Assembly (NCBI GenBank): GCA_036574075.1
Contig: JAINCN010000031.1
Location: 386-64,385, forward strand
Direction of reading: 5' to 3'
Origin: Deltaproteobacteria bacterium
GTDB taxonomy: Bacteria > Desulfobacterota > Dissulfuribacteria > Dissulfuribacterales > UBA5754
Length of the DNA stretch: 64,000 nt
The notes beneath the pieces are model-generated. The model had not been told where the DNA came from and did not search any database. It was given only the letters and a program-made list of their open reading frames with translations. Shown piece by piece: positions 51,240-60,700 of the stretch. The position numbers and the translations under genes are program-made. Each line of letters opens with the position of its first letter. Positions within the stretch are counted from its first letter, which is position 1.

Positions 51240-51257
51240 GTTACAATTTTGTGACAA
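51240..51257 (-). promoter_or_regulatory. Pho box upstream of pstS
   Basis: Minus strand reads TTGTCAC-aaaa-TTGTAAC, against the E. coli consensus CTGTCAT-A(A/T)A(T/A)-CTGTCA(C/T). A TATACT hexamer lies at 51212-51217. Confidence 0.75.
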
Positions 51258-51636
51258 TCGACCCCTCGATCACGACCACTGCGCCTGCGTATTCGGCCTC
51301 GTGCGTGAGGCTCAGATGGAATCTCTCCGCTCCCATTTTCTTTGCATGCAAGGCGGCGTTTCCGCCGAGCCTCAGGACGGGCTTGCCGGAAGGCTCGTGG
51401 ACGACCTCCATCTGCCGCCACGAAACCCCATGGCGCATCCCCGTTCCGAGGGCCTTGGAACAGGCCTCCTTTGCGGCGAACCGGGCAGCAAGGGCGGCCT
51501 TTTCATTGGATCGGCCTATGCAAAACCCGAGTTCAGCCGGGGTATAGATCCTCTCCAGAAAACGCGATCCCCAGCGTCTGGCCGCCTGTTCGAGCCTCGG
51601 GATAGAAACGAGGTCGATCCCGATACCAAGGACCAT
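51241..51636 (-). CDS. acpS: holo-[acyl-carrier-protein] synthase
   Basis: 131 aa with GIGIDLV and [14 protein letters not shown] motifs. Confidence 0.93.
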   Translation of the reverse strand: MVLGIGIDLVSIPRLEQAARRWGSRFLERIYTPAELGFCIGRSNEKAALAARFAAKEACSKALGTGMRHGVSWRQMEVVHEPSGKPVLRLGGNAALHAKKMGAERFHLSLTHEAEYAGAVVVIEGSIVTKL

Positions 51637-51639
51637 TGC

Positions 51640-52806
51640 CTATACGGGCCGTCCGGTCTTGACAATGGCCACCATTTCCCGCACGGCGCGCTCGAGGCCT
51701 ACGAGGATCGAACGGGCTATTACGGAATGCCCGATGCTGAATTCCTCGATCTCGGCGACCGCTGCGAGTCTGGCCGTGTTCCGGTAGGTGAGGCCGTGCC
51801 CTGCGTGGACGCGCAGCTCAAGATCCCGTGCATGCCGCGCCGAGGCAACAATTGCGTCGTATTCCTTCTCGATCGCCCCAGGAGATCTGGCCTCGGCGTA
51901 TCTCCCTGTGTGTATCTCGACGCATTCAGCCCCGGTCTTTTGGGCAGAATCGATCTGATGTATCTCGGGGTCCACGAAGAGGCTCACTGGGATCCCGGCT
52001 CCATGGAGTCGGGCGACGGCCTCCTTGATGTGGGCAAGGTTGCCGGCCACGTCGAGTCCCCCCTCTGTTGTGAGCTCCTTTCGTTTCTCAGGGACCAGGG
52101 TGACGATATCTGGTCGAATGGTCGAGGCCAGACCGATCATCTCGTCTGTTGCGGCCATTTCCAGATTGAGTCGGGTCTGGACGACCTCCCGGAGGATCCG
52201 GACATCCCGGTCCTGGATGTGGCGCCGGTCTTCCCGGAGATGTACGACGATTCCGTCAGCGCCAGCGAGTTCGACAATCCCTGCCGCAGTGACGGGGTCT
52301 GGTTCCACAGTGCCCCTGGCTTGCCGCAGGGTAGCAACGTGATCGATATTGATGCACAGGTCTGCCATGGTTTTCTCCTTGTGAAGAAGGTCGATAAGTT
52401 CTGCCTCGAGCGAGGCCATGCGACGTGCCTCATGCGGACCCAGTTCATGGTCCTGCCCAAGAAGATGGACGATGCCGTGGACGAGGAGCGTCTCTATCCT
52501 TGTGTCGATTCCGGTTCCCAGCTCTTCCGCCTCCCGGCGGGCCGTCTCCATGGAGATGGCCACGTCCCCGAGAAACCATCCCTGCATCTCTTCGGGAAGG
52601 GGGCCGGAAGGGGGAAAAGCGAGGACGTTCGTGGGCCGGGGGACGGAACGCCACCTGGCGTTCAGTTCCAGGATTCCCGGGTCATCCGTGAGGAGGACGT
52701 CCACCTCGCCCTCCGTTTTCCCGATGGCACGGAGAAGGATCTGTCTTGCGCGCTCTATGCGCACGGTATTGACGGAAAAGGGAAGACGGGAATCAGTGCG
52801 TATCAT
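51640..52806 (-). CDS. uninterrupted ORF: YbeY endoribonuclease (aa 1-146) in frame with PdxJ pyridoxine 5'-phosphate synthase (aa 147-388)
   Basis: YbeY Zn motif [12 protein letters not shown]. PdxJ N-terminus [19 protein letters not shown] begins at ATG 52368, preceded by SD AAGGAG. There is no stop codon between the two parts. Confidence 0.85.
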   Translation of the reverse strand: MIRTDSRLPFSVNTVRIERARQILLRAIGKTEGEVDVLLTDDPGILELNARWRSVPRPTNVLAFPPSGPLPEEMQGWFLGDVAISMETARREAEELGTGIDTRIETLLVHGIVHLLGQDHELGPHEARRMASLEAELIDLLHKEKTMADLCINIDHVATLRQARGTVEPDPVTAAGIVELAGADGIVVHLREDRRHIQDRDVRILREVVQTRLNLEMAATDEMIGLASTIRPDIVTLVPEKRKELTTEGGLDVAGNLAHIKEAVARLHGAGIPVSLFVDPEIHQIDSAQKTGAECVEIHTGRYAEARSPGAIEKEYDAIVASARHARDLELRVHAGHGLTYRNTARLAAVAEIEEFSIGHSVIARSILVGLERAVREMVAIVKTGRPV

Positions 52807-53782
52807 CGACCCGTTCTTTTTCCCTTTCTTCGTATGCCTGGATGATGCGGCTCACGAGCTTGTGCCGGACCACGTCCTTTTTGGTAAACGTGACAAAGGC
52901 GATTCCGGGAATGTCCCGAAGGATATGAGCGGCCTCGACGAGTCCGGATGCCCGTTTGTCCGGGAGGTCGATCTGGGTGACGTCACCTGTAATGACCGCC
53001 TTGGATCGATATCCGAGCCGGGTCAGGAACATCTTCATCTGTTCCGAGGTGGTGTTTTGGGCCTCATCGAGGATGATGAATGCGTCGTTCAGGGTTCGCC
53101 CCCGCATGAAAGCGAGGGGCGCCACCTCGATGACGCGTCTTTCGATGAGGTTGGCCACCCGGTCGAAGGCAAGCATGTCGTACAGGGCGTCATAGAGCGG
53201 ACGAAGGTACGGGTTGACCTTTTCGGCCAGGTCTCCGGGAAGGAATCCGAGACGTTCACCGGCCTCTACCGCAGGCCGCGTGAGGATGATGCGCTTGATC
53301 TCGTCCCGCAGGAGATAGGAGACCGCCATGGCCATGGCGAGATAGGTCTTTCCTGTCCCCGCAGGCCCGATGGCGAAGACCACGTCGTGGTTTCGAATCG
53401 CGTCCGTGTATTCCTTCTGGGCGATGCCTTTGGGGGTGACGATCCTCTTGCCGGAGTGGATGAAGAGCTTGTCAAGGAGGATCCCCTTGAGATCGGCCTC
53501 AGGGTTCTCCTGGAGGATCCTGAGCGCGTGGTCCACGTCTCTTGGCGACGGGTGGAAACCGGATTCGATAAGCCCGTAAAGTTCTTCACAGGCGCGGACC
53601 CCGAGTTCGATGTCCGGGGTCTCTCCGGTAATGGTGACCTGATTTCCCCGCGCGTGTATGGATACGCCGAGAAATTCCTCGATCCTTTTCAGGTTCGCCC
53701 CGTGCTCGCCGAAAAACTCCGGTACGAGGCCTGCGTCTTCGAAGGTCAACTGTCTGGTGCGGAGGGGAAGGGGTTTTGTCAT
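52793..53782 (-). CDS. phoH: PhoH-family ATPase
   Basis: 329 aa with an N-terminal KH-like region, Walker [12 protein letters not shown], and ILDEAQN. Confidence 0.93.
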   Translation of the reverse strand: MTKPLPLRTRQLTFEDAGLVPEFFGEHGANLKRIEEFLGVSIHARGNQVTITGETPDIELGVRACEELYGLIESGFHPSPRDVDHALRILQENPEADLKGILLDKLFIHSGKRIVTPKGIAQKEYTDAIRNHDVVFAIGPAGTGKTYLAMAMAVSYLLRDEIKRIILTRPAVEAGERLGFLPGDLAEKVNPYLRPLYDALYDMLAFDRVANLIERRVIEVAPLAFMRGRTLNDAFIILDEAQNTTSEQMKMFLTRLGYRSKAVITGDVTQIDLPDKRASGLVEAAHILRDIPGIAFVTFTKKDVVRHKLVSRIIQAYEEREKERVDDTH

Positions 53783-53800
53783 GCCTTTTTAGGGCCTTGG

Positions 53801-54763
53801 TCAGAACATACGTTTTTTCACGAAGATATACGCCACGAGCCCGGATAGAAGAAAGGCGAAGAGCATGGTGAAGGGAAAGGCATAGGGGGATGACTGAAAG
53901 GGCAGGGGTACGTTCATCCCGTAGATGCTTGTGATCAGATTGGGAAACATGAGGACGATGGTCACGGCGGTGAGGAACTTCATGACGATATTGAGGTTGT
54001 TGGATATGACCGATGCATAGGCGTCCATCATGCCACTCAGGATGTCGCTGTAGATCTTTGCCATCTCGATGGCCTGCTGGTTTTCTATCTGGGCGTCCTC
54101 GAGGATGTCTTCGTTTTCTTCGTTTATGGGCATGTAGCGGCCGCTTTGGAGCCGCGCCATCACGATGTCGTTCGCCTTGAGGCTCGTGTTGAAATAGACG
54201 AGGCTTTTTTCCAGGTTCAGGAGCTTGATGAGCTCCTTATTGCGGAGGGACCGATGGAGTTCGGTCTCGTATTCGTTCGTCAGTCGGTCTATGAGCCGAA
54301 GATGCCGGAGATAGTGGTTCGCGGTCCGCAGAAAGATATGGAGGACGAAGCGGTTGCGGTCCTCGAGAATGCGGTGCGCGTCCTTTGTGTTCGAAATGGT
54401 CCCGAAGAAGGGGGGTTCCTTCAGACAGACCGTGACGACCCGGTCATGGGTGAGGATGATCCCGAGGGGGATGGTTTCGTAGCGGACATAGTCACCCTCG
54501 TGGCGGGGATCGGGTATCTTGATCGTGATGAGGATCTGTCCCTCATCCTTTTCCACACGGGAGGTCTCCTCCTCGTCGAGGGGATATCTGAGAAATTCGG
54601 GGAGGATTCCGAGCTGCTGGATGACGAGTTCCTGTTCCTCAGGGGTGGGGGCGACGAGACTGATCCAGGTGCCATCCACGATGTTGGGACAGCTCTCGAT
54701 CTTTTCCCCAGTGGATCGGAATGAGGTCAGCATCCCATTTCTCCCGGTCTTTGGAAACTCCAT
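53801..54763 (-). CDS. corA: CorA-family divalent cation transporter
   Basis: YGMNV signature and two C-terminal TM helices. Start is ATG 54763 or GTG 54769. Confidence 0.88.
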   Translation of the reverse strand: MEFPKTGRNGMLTSFRSTGEKIESCPNIVDGTWISLVAPTPEEQELVIQQLGILPEFLRYPLDEEETSRVEKDEGQILITIKIPDPRHEGDYVRYETIPLGIILTHDRVVTVCLKEPPFFGTISNTKDAHRILEDRNRFVLHIFLRTANHYLRHLRLIDRLTNEYETELHRSLRNKELIKLLNLEKSLVYFNTSLKANDIVMARLQSGRYMPINEENEDILEDAQIENQQAIEMAKIYSDILSGMMDAYASVISNNLNIVMKFLTAVTIVLMFPNLITSIYGMNVPLPFQSSPYAFPFTMLFAFLLSGLVAYIFVKKRMF

Positions 54764-54855
54764 GGTCACCGGCTTTTCGACGGCTCAGGGTACATGTAGA
54801 ATAAAAAAATACTACACCCCGAAAAGTGGGGCGACAAGCTTGGCAAAGGGGCCGG

Positions 54856-55557
54856 TTATTCCAGGCGTTCTGTTCCTTCGGCAAGGGCCTCCATCCCGTC
54901 TCCATCGAGGATCCTGATCCGGGATCCGTCCACCTGGATGAGGCCATGGGAGGACATCCTGGCAAGGATTCGGGAAAGGGTCTCCGGAACCGTACCGAGA
55001 AGGCTTGCAAGAAGGCCCTTTCGGAGGTCGAGGTCCAGCTCGTTTGCCCCGCCCTGGCGTTCCCTGAGGAGCAAGAGATAGGCGGCGAGTCTGCCAGGTA
55101 CGTCGCGGAGGGAGAGGTGCTCGATCATGACCGTGAATTTTTTGAGCCTGCGTGAGAGGACCGCAAGCATGGTGAGGGCAAGGGTGGGATCCTTGCGGAT
55201 GAGCGCCACGAACCGGTCCCGAGGGAAGAAAACTGCCTCGCTTTCCTGCAAGGCCTGGGCAGAGGCAGGGAATGGGATCCCCTCGAAGGCCGTGGCCTCG
55301 CCGAAGGGCTCGCCTGGACCGAATATATGGAGGATCTGTTCCTTTCCGTCTGGGGAGAGTTTGAAGATCTTCACCCGGCCGGATGAGAGGACATAGAATC
55401 CGTTTCCCGGATCACCGTCGAGGAAGAGGAGTTGACCCCTATTGAACCGTTTGATCTCGGCGATCGTCGCCAGGTCACGGAGTGTTTCCCGTGTCTGCCC
55501 CTCGAAGAGGGGAAAGGAGGAGATCAGGGCATCAATCCGTCCGGCGGCATCAGACAT
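54856..55557 (-). CDS. Crp/Fnr-family transcriptional regulator
   Basis: 233 aa with a cNMP-binding beta-barrel (GFYVLSSGRVKIF...GPGEPFGE) and a C-terminal HTH (ASLLGTVPETLSRILARM). Confidence 0.88.
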   Translation of the reverse strand: MSDAAGRIDALISSFPLFEGQTRETLRDLATIAEIKRFNRGQLLFLDGDPGNGFYVLSSGRVKIFKLSPDGKEQILHIFGPGEPFGEATAFEGIPFPASAQALQESEAVFFPRDRFVALIRKDPTLALTMLAVLSRRLKKFTVMIEHLSLRDVPGRLAAYLLLLRERQGGANELDLDLRKGLLASLLGTVPETLSRILARMSSHGLIQVDGSRIRILDGDGMEALAEGTERLE

Positions 55558-56599
55558 TGAAGCGAAAGTTGATTACATCCCCGTCCCTGACAGGGTACTC
55601 TTTTCCCTCGAGCCGGACCTTGCCGGCCCGCTGGGCATCGGCGTAGGAGCGGCTTTCGAGGAGGTCGTCGCAGGAGATGACCTCGGCCCTGATGAAACCC
55701 TTTTCGATATCCGAGTGGATGACGCCGGCGGCCTTTTGTGCCTGTGTGCCGGCTGGTATGGTCCAGGCCCGGACCTCGTCTTCGCCCACGGTGAAAAAGG
55801 AGATGAGACCGAGGAGCCGGTATGACTCCTGGATGATTCGAATGGTGGCGGGTATCTCAAGGGCGAAATCCTGACGAAAGACATCCGCCTCCTCGGGTGT
55901 GAGTTGCGCCAGCTCCATCTCGAGCCTGCCCTTCACCTCGATTGCCGGGACATCCGCTGGGAGCGAGAGGGATACCGAGCCCATCTCCGAGTCGTCTCCG
56001 GAGTTGATGACCGCGATGCAGGGCTTGGCGGAGAGAAAGGCATATCCCTTGAGGAGTGGGGATCGGGCGATCTCGTTGTCCGAGCGTAGCGGCGTGCCAG
56101 TGTTCAGGAGATCCCGCGCACGTCGAAGGAGCTCGAGCTCCCGCGGGTCTGACTTTTTCCCTTTTGATGCATCCTTTTCCAGTCTTTCAAGCCTTTTTTC
56201 CACGGAGATGAGGTCAGTGAGTACGAATTCCGCATTGATGGCCTCGAGTTCTGCCTGGGGATCAGGCGGCTCTCCGGGGCGTTCGAAATTTCTCAGGACG
56301 ATGAGCAGTGCATCAGCTGGTCGGAGATGTCTCAATGTCTCTTCAAGGGCCGAGCCCTTTTCTTCCTTACCCGCGATCTCGCCTGCGACGTCTACATAGG
56401 TGATCTGGGCCGGGGTCACCTTCTTCGGATGGTAGCGGTCAGCGAGTTTTTCAACCCGCTCGTCCGGCACGGAAACGACAGCCATATTTGGCTCCCTCTT
56501 TCCACCTGCATAGCCTGAGACCTCTGCCTTACGCCCGGTAAGGGCATTGAATACGGTCGTCTTACCACTTCCAGGAAGCCCGACGATCCCGATCTTCAT
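55550..56599 (-). CDS. ychF: redox-regulated ATPase YchF
   Basis: MKIGIVGLPGSGKTTVFNALTG. ATG 56599 overlaps the upstream stop (ATGA). C-terminal TGS-like domain. Confidence 0.93.
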   Translation of the reverse strand: MKIGIVGLPGSGKTTVFNALTGRKAEVSGYAGGKREPNMAVVSVPDERVEKLADRYHPKKVTPAQITYVDVAGEIAGKEEKGSALEETLRHLRPADALLIVLRNFERPGEPPDPQAELEAINAEFVLTDLISVEKRLERLEKDASKGKKSDPRELELLRRARDLLNTGTPLRSDNEIARSPLLKGYAFLSAKPCIAVINSGDDSEMGSVSLSLPADVPAIEVKGRLEMELAQLTPEEADVFRQDFALEIPATIRIIQESYRLLGLISFFTVGEDEVRAWTIPAGTQAQKAAGVIHSDIEKGFIRAEVISCDDLLESRSYADAQRAGKVRLEGKEYPVRDGDVINFRFNV

Positions 56600-57093
56600 G
56601 GCCTGTGTCCCTTGTGGCACGGGGTGGGGTCCCCCTTGATCTTCAAAAGGGCGTGTTCGAGGACCGGGAGGATCGCCTTGAGACCCGAGGCCGCACCAGA
56701 GGGACTTCCCGGCAGGTTCACGACAAGGGAGCCCGCCCTCACACCTGCGAGCCCGCGCGAAAGCATGGCCATGGGCGTCTCGGAGGCCCCGTGCCGTCTC
56801 ATGGCCTCCGGGATGCCTGGGATCTCCCGCTCGATCACCGAGCGTGTGGCCTCGGGGGTGACGTCCCTGGGGGATAGCCCTGTGCCGCCGGTGGTGATGA
56901 GGAGATCCACCCCACTACGGATCCATTGGAGCAGGGACTCCTGGATGGCAGCCATGTCGTCCGGGACCACGGCCGTGGCCCGCACCTCGAACCCGTGCCC
57001 TTCAAGAAGCCTTGCGAGGGCGGGTCCGGCTGTGTCGATTCTCTCGCCCTTTGATGAACTGTCGCTGACGGTAAGTACCGCTGCGCTGAACAT
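56596..57093 (-). CDS. MogA/MoaB-family molybdenum cofactor biosynthesis protein
   Basis: 165 aa from ATG 57093, with VLTVSDS and LLITTGGTGLSPRDVTPEA. The 278-aa track ORF is a His/Arg/Pro-rich over-extension into the EF-G paralog. Confidence 0.85.
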   Translation of the reverse strand: MFSAAVLTVSDSSSKGERIDTAGPALARLLEGHGFEVRATAVVPDDMAAIQESLLQWIRSGVDLLITTGGTGLSPRDVTPEATRSVIEREIPGIPEAMRRHGASETPMAMLSRGLAGVRAGSLVVNLPGSPSGAASGLKAILPVLEHALLKIKGDPTPCHKGHRP

Positions 57094-57098
57094 GTTTC

Positions 57099-59180
57099 TT
57101 ATGCCTTTGCCTTGTCCTCTGCTGCTGCCGCGATCACCTTTTCCGCCAGGTTGGCAGGCATCTCCTCGTAGTGGGAAGGCTCGACGGTGTATGTGCCCCG
57201 ACCTGCGGTCATGGTGTTCAGGTCGATGAGATAGCGCTGGATCTCCGCGAGGGGGACATGGGCTGTGATGACCTGGTGACCCTCGCCCGGTTCCATGCCC
57301 ATGACACGGCCCCGCCTGCTGTTGAGGTCTCCTATCACGTCCCCGACGGCATCGTCCGGCACCTGGATGGTGAGCTTCATGATGGGTTCGAGCAGGGTGG
57401 GCTTGGCCTCGAGGACGCCTTTCTTGAAGCACTGGATGGCGGCGATCTTGAAGGCGGTCTCCGAGGAGTCCACCTCATGGGATTTCCCGTCATAGAACCG
57501 GACCTTTACGTCCACAACCGGATAACCAGCGAGCGGTCCGGAGAGGATTGCCTCATGGAGCCCTTTTTCTACGGCCGGGACGAAATTTCTCGGGACGTTC
57601 ATGCCTACCAGGGCCTCTTCGAATTCAAACCCCTGTCCGCGGGGGAGGGGGGAGATGTCGAAGTGGACCTCGGCGAACTGACCAGCCCCCCCGGTCTGTT
57701 TCTTGTGGCGGTAGATGACGCCCTTCTTGACACCCTTGATGGTCTCCCGGTAGGGGATCCTCGGGAGTTCCAGGTCCACGTGCACACCGAACTTTCTCTC
57801 CATCTTTTCAACGGTGGTTTCGATGTGGATCTGTCCCATGCCCGAGAGGATGATCCCCCCTGCCTCCGGATCCCTGTCCACAGAGATGGCCAGGTCCTCT
57901 TCCATGAGCCGGGCAAGGGCGATGCTGATCTTTTCCTCGTCCCCCCGGCTTTTGGGTTTGAGTACGTAGGAAAGGACCGGTTTGGGAATCTGGACAAAGG
58001 GATAGGCGATGGGAGCGGACGGGTCGCTCAAGGTGTCGCCTGTCGAGGTCTCCTTGAGTTTGGGGATGGCGATGATCTCGCCGGGGCCGGCGGAATCGGT
58101 GGGGCTGAGCCCCTTTCCTTCGACCCTAAAGATCTGGCCTGCTTTTTCGAGGGTGTTCCCTGCAGTGGAGAAAAGGGTCTGGTCCTGGGAGATGACGCCT
58201 GAGACGACCCTCAGTAGCGAGAGGCGGCCGGCATAGGGGTCGATTGTGGTCTTGAAGACGATCGCCGAGGCCGGGGCATCGGAAGTGGTTGCGCGGTTGA
58301 TAGGCATGCCGGTTTTGGGATCCGTCCCCGGGACCTCCCCGCGCGCATCCGGAGAAGGCAGAAGGGAGGAGATAAGGTCGAGGAGGTTAGGAAGGCCGAT
58401 GCATTGGAGGGCTGAGGCGCATACGACCGGGGCAAACCCACCTGCAGCCATGCCCTTTCCGAGGCCGGAGATGATCTCGTCCTCAGTGAGTTCCTCCCCT
58501 TCGAGGAATTTTTCAAGGAGGGCGTCCTCCGACTCGGCCGCATACTCAATGAGGTTGTTCCTGAGGCCTGACGCCATCTCGAGCATGTCTTGCGGGATGT
58601 CTTCCTGGCGGAATCTCCCGCTCCCGTCCTTTTCATACACGAATGCCTTCATGCGGATGAGGTCCACAAGGCCTGAGAAGGTCTCCTGCGAACCGATGGG
58701 TATGAGGATGGGCACCGTCTTGACGCCCAGGTCTTTTTTCACGGCCTCGGCGGCCTTCATGAAGTCGGCCCTTTCCCGGTCCATCTTGTTGACGACAAAG
58801 AGGGCCGGAAGGCCGTTTTCCCTCACCATGGACCAGATCTTTCCGGTCTGGGGCTTGACGGGGTCCACGGCGTCGATCACGAAAAGGGCGGTGTCGCCAC
58901 AGCGCAGGGCGATGCGCGTCTCGGTGTGAAAATTGTCGTCCCCAGGGGTGTCGAGGAAGAATAGCGCCGTCTTGTTCCAGTAAAGGTGATGAGCAGAATT
59001 TCCAATGGTTATGCGGCGCTTGATCTCCTCGGGTTCGAAGTCGAGAGAGGATGTCCCGTCATCCACCTTGCCCAACCGGCTGGTCGCCTTCGAGGCGAAG
59101 AGCATGGCCTCGGCGAGGGAGGTCTTTCCGGATGCATTTTGTCCCACGATGACAAGGTTTTTAACGGAGCCCGTTTCCAT
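57099..59180 (-). CDS. elongation factor G paralog
   Basis: 693 aa from ATG 59180 with G1 GQNASGKTS, DTPGDDNF, NKMD, and EF-G domains II-V. Confidence 0.9.
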   Translation of the reverse strand: METGSVKNLVIVGQNASGKTSLAEAMLFASKATSRLGKVDDGTSSLDFEPEEIKRRITIGNSAHHLYWNKTALFFLDTPGDDNFHTETRIALRCGDTALFVIDAVDPVKPQTGKIWSMVRENGLPALFVVNKMDRERADFMKAAEAVKKDLGVKTVPILIPIGSQETFSGLVDLIRMKAFVYEKDGSGRFRQEDIPQDMLEMASGLRNNLIEYAAESEDALLEKFLEGEELTEDEIISGLGKGMAAGGFAPVVCASALQCIGLPNLLDLISSLLPSPDARGEVPGTDPKTGMPINRATTSDAPASAIVFKTTIDPYAGRLSLLRVVSGVISQDQTLFSTAGNTLEKAGQIFRVEGKGLSPTDSAGPGEIIAIPKLKETSTGDTLSDPSAPIAYPFVQIPKPVLSYVLKPKSRGDEEKISIALARLMEEDLAISVDRDPEAGGIILSGMGQIHIETTVEKMERKFGVHVDLELPRIPYRETIKGVKKGVIYRHKKQTGGAGQFAEVHFDISPLPRGQGFEFEEALVGMNVPRNFVPAVEKGLHEAILSGPLAGYPVVDVKVRFYDGKSHEVDSSETAFKIAAIQCFKKGVLEAKPTLLEPIMKLTIQVPDDAVGDVIGDLNSRRGRVMGMEPGEGHQVITAHVPLAEIQRYLIDLNTMTAGRGTYTVEPSHYEEMPANLAEKVIAAAAEDKAKA

Positions 59181-59294
59181 GTCTTTTCCCTTTCGCGATG
59201 TGATTTCGCAGCCCTGATCCATTGCAGGCCACGATGAGGAAGATAATGAATCACAACAACTTGCGTCAAGGGAAAACTTCACCTCCTTAAGACC

Positions 59295-59323
59295 TCTGAA
59301 TCCGTGGAATATGCATGCAACTC
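59295..59323 (+). repeat. solo MITE-end fragment
   Basis: CTGAATCCGTGGAATATGCATGCAAC versus the MITE left end CTGAATCCGTGAGATATGCACTCAAC (22/26 identical). Confidence 0.45.
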
Positions 59324-59424
59324 CATAAAATTGCGATCAAGAAATCAGGGGAGCGATTCAACAAGGGGGTAAGGAAATACCAGATCTCGAGGATTCCTGC
59401 GGCCTGAAGGGTCTAAATAGGGCC

Positions 59425-59470
59425 AAAAAACAAAAAAAGGAGTCACAGGCGCCTCAGCCTGAAACTCCTT
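59425..59470 (-). terminator. rho-independent terminator after tRNA-His
   Basis: Minus strand: AAGGAGT...ACTCCTT stem with an inner CAGGC/GCCTG helix, followed by TTTTTTTGTTTTTT. Confidence 0.55.
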
Positions 59471-59478
59471 GATTTCAT

Positions 59479-59555
59479 TGGGGTGAGCGATGGGATTCGA
59501 ACCCATAGCCTTCGGGGCCACAACCCGACGCGCTAACCGTTGCGCCACGCCCACC
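59479..59555 (-). tRNA. tRNA-His (anticodon GTG)
   Basis: 77 nt with an extra 5' G(-1) pairing with C73. Anticodon arm TCGGG-TTGTGGC-CCCGA, T-loop GGGTTCGAATCCC, encoded CCA. Confidence 0.92.
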
Positions 59556-59579
59556 ACAGACGTGTCGTGGGAGTACCTA

Positions 59580-59876
59580 TTAACTGGGATTGGGGAATCG
59601 TGTCAAGGCAATCCCGACCCATGGCAGCCTATCCCTTTCCCCTCGCACCTTTTCCGCGCCCAACGGGAAACAGCCGCAGCCAGAGAAAACCGGATAGAAT
59701 GGTGACAAGCGGGATGAGGACGCTCTCCGGCACGGTGCAGTTTTCCGCGTTCTCCCAAGTCCGGTCCGATCCGCGATGACGTCCCCGTAGACCGAGAGAA
59801 AATAGCCGGAGACGGCGATCGTCCCCGCAACTACGAGAAACTCAGCCCAGACCGAAAGGATGGACGATTCGTTCAC
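59580..59876 (-). pseudogene. possible truncated remnant of a cation antiporter gene
   Basis: The first ~40 aa (ILSVWAEFLVVAGTIAVSGYFLSVYGDVIADRTGLG) look like the N-terminus of Ca2+/Na+-antiporter-type proteins. The rest is low-complexity and the ORF ends after 98 aa next to tRNA-His. GTGA overlap with the trpA stop. Confidence 0.3.
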
Positions 59877-60700
59877 AGACCGCGCCGGGTGGCCTCTTTA
59901 AGGGATCTGACAAACGCGCCCGCCTCCTCCACGAGCCCCGGATCTGCCCTATATCCGGTGTCATCCGCCCGTATGTGGCGTTCCATGACCCGTATGAGGG
60001 CGCTTCCCACAATGATCCCGTCTGCAGCAGGGGCAAGGAGAGAGACCTGCGCCGGTGTGGAGATCCCGAATCCCACACAGACAGGCCTTTTCGACTTCCC
60101 TTTCGCCCGTCTGATCCCCTCGAGGAGGTCCGGGGGAAGCTCGGTCCGTCCGCCAGTGATACCCGTTACCGAGACGTAATAGAGAAATCCCCGGGTCCTG
60201 GAGGCTATCCGTCCAAGCCTTGCATCTGGCGTGGTCGGGGCGGCAAGCAGGATGTTGGCGATTCCGCGGGCAGCTGCCTCCCGCATCCATGGGCCGGCCT
60301 CCTCAAGGGGGAGGTCAGGAATGATGGTCCCGTCGATGCCGGAGGAAGCGGCGCGCTCGGCGAATCGTGCGAGTCCGAACTGAAGAATGGGGTTGTAATA
60401 GCCCATTATGACGATGGGAATCTGGGAATGGGGCCGGAAGCGGGCCACGAGGTCCAGGACGTCTTCGAGGGTGGTGCCACGCCGAAGAGATCGCTGGTTT
60501 GCCGCCTGAATGGTTGGGCCGTCGGCAAGGGGGTCTGAAAAGGGGAATCCGAGTTCGATGAGGTCGGCCCCTGCCTTTTCCAGCTCGAACAGGAGGGCCT
60601 CTGTGGTCGCCATGTCCGGGTCACCGGCAGTGATGAATGGGATGAGGGCGGCCTCATCGGCCTTTTGTAGTCTCCTAAAGAGGAGATCGATCCGGTTCAT
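59873..60700 (-). CDS. trpA: tryptophan synthase alpha chain
   Basis: 275 aa from ATG 60700, with IPFITAGDP and [21 protein letters not shown] overlap with the trpB stop. Confidence 0.96.
   Translation of the reverse strand: MNRIDLLFRRLQKADEAALIPFITAGDPDMATTEALLFELEKAGADLIELGFPFSDPLADGPTIQAANQRSLRRGTTLEDVLDLVARFRPHSQIPIVIMGYYNPILQFGLARFAERAASSGIDGTIIPDLPLEEAGPWMREAAARGIANILLAAPTTPDARLGRIASRTRGFLYYVSVTGITGGRTELPPDLLEGIRRAKGKSKRPVCVGFGISTPAQVSLLAPAADGIIVGSALIRVMERHIRADDTGYRADPGLVEEAGAFVRSLKEATRRGL

Noticed and set aside
50971-53848. Plus-strand ORFs of 624 aa (50971-52845) and 476 aa (52418-53848).
   Set aside because: They are antisense to pstS, acpS, pdxJ/ybeY and phoH, which all have clear family signatures. 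The translations are Arg/Pro/Gly-rich with no recognisable domain.
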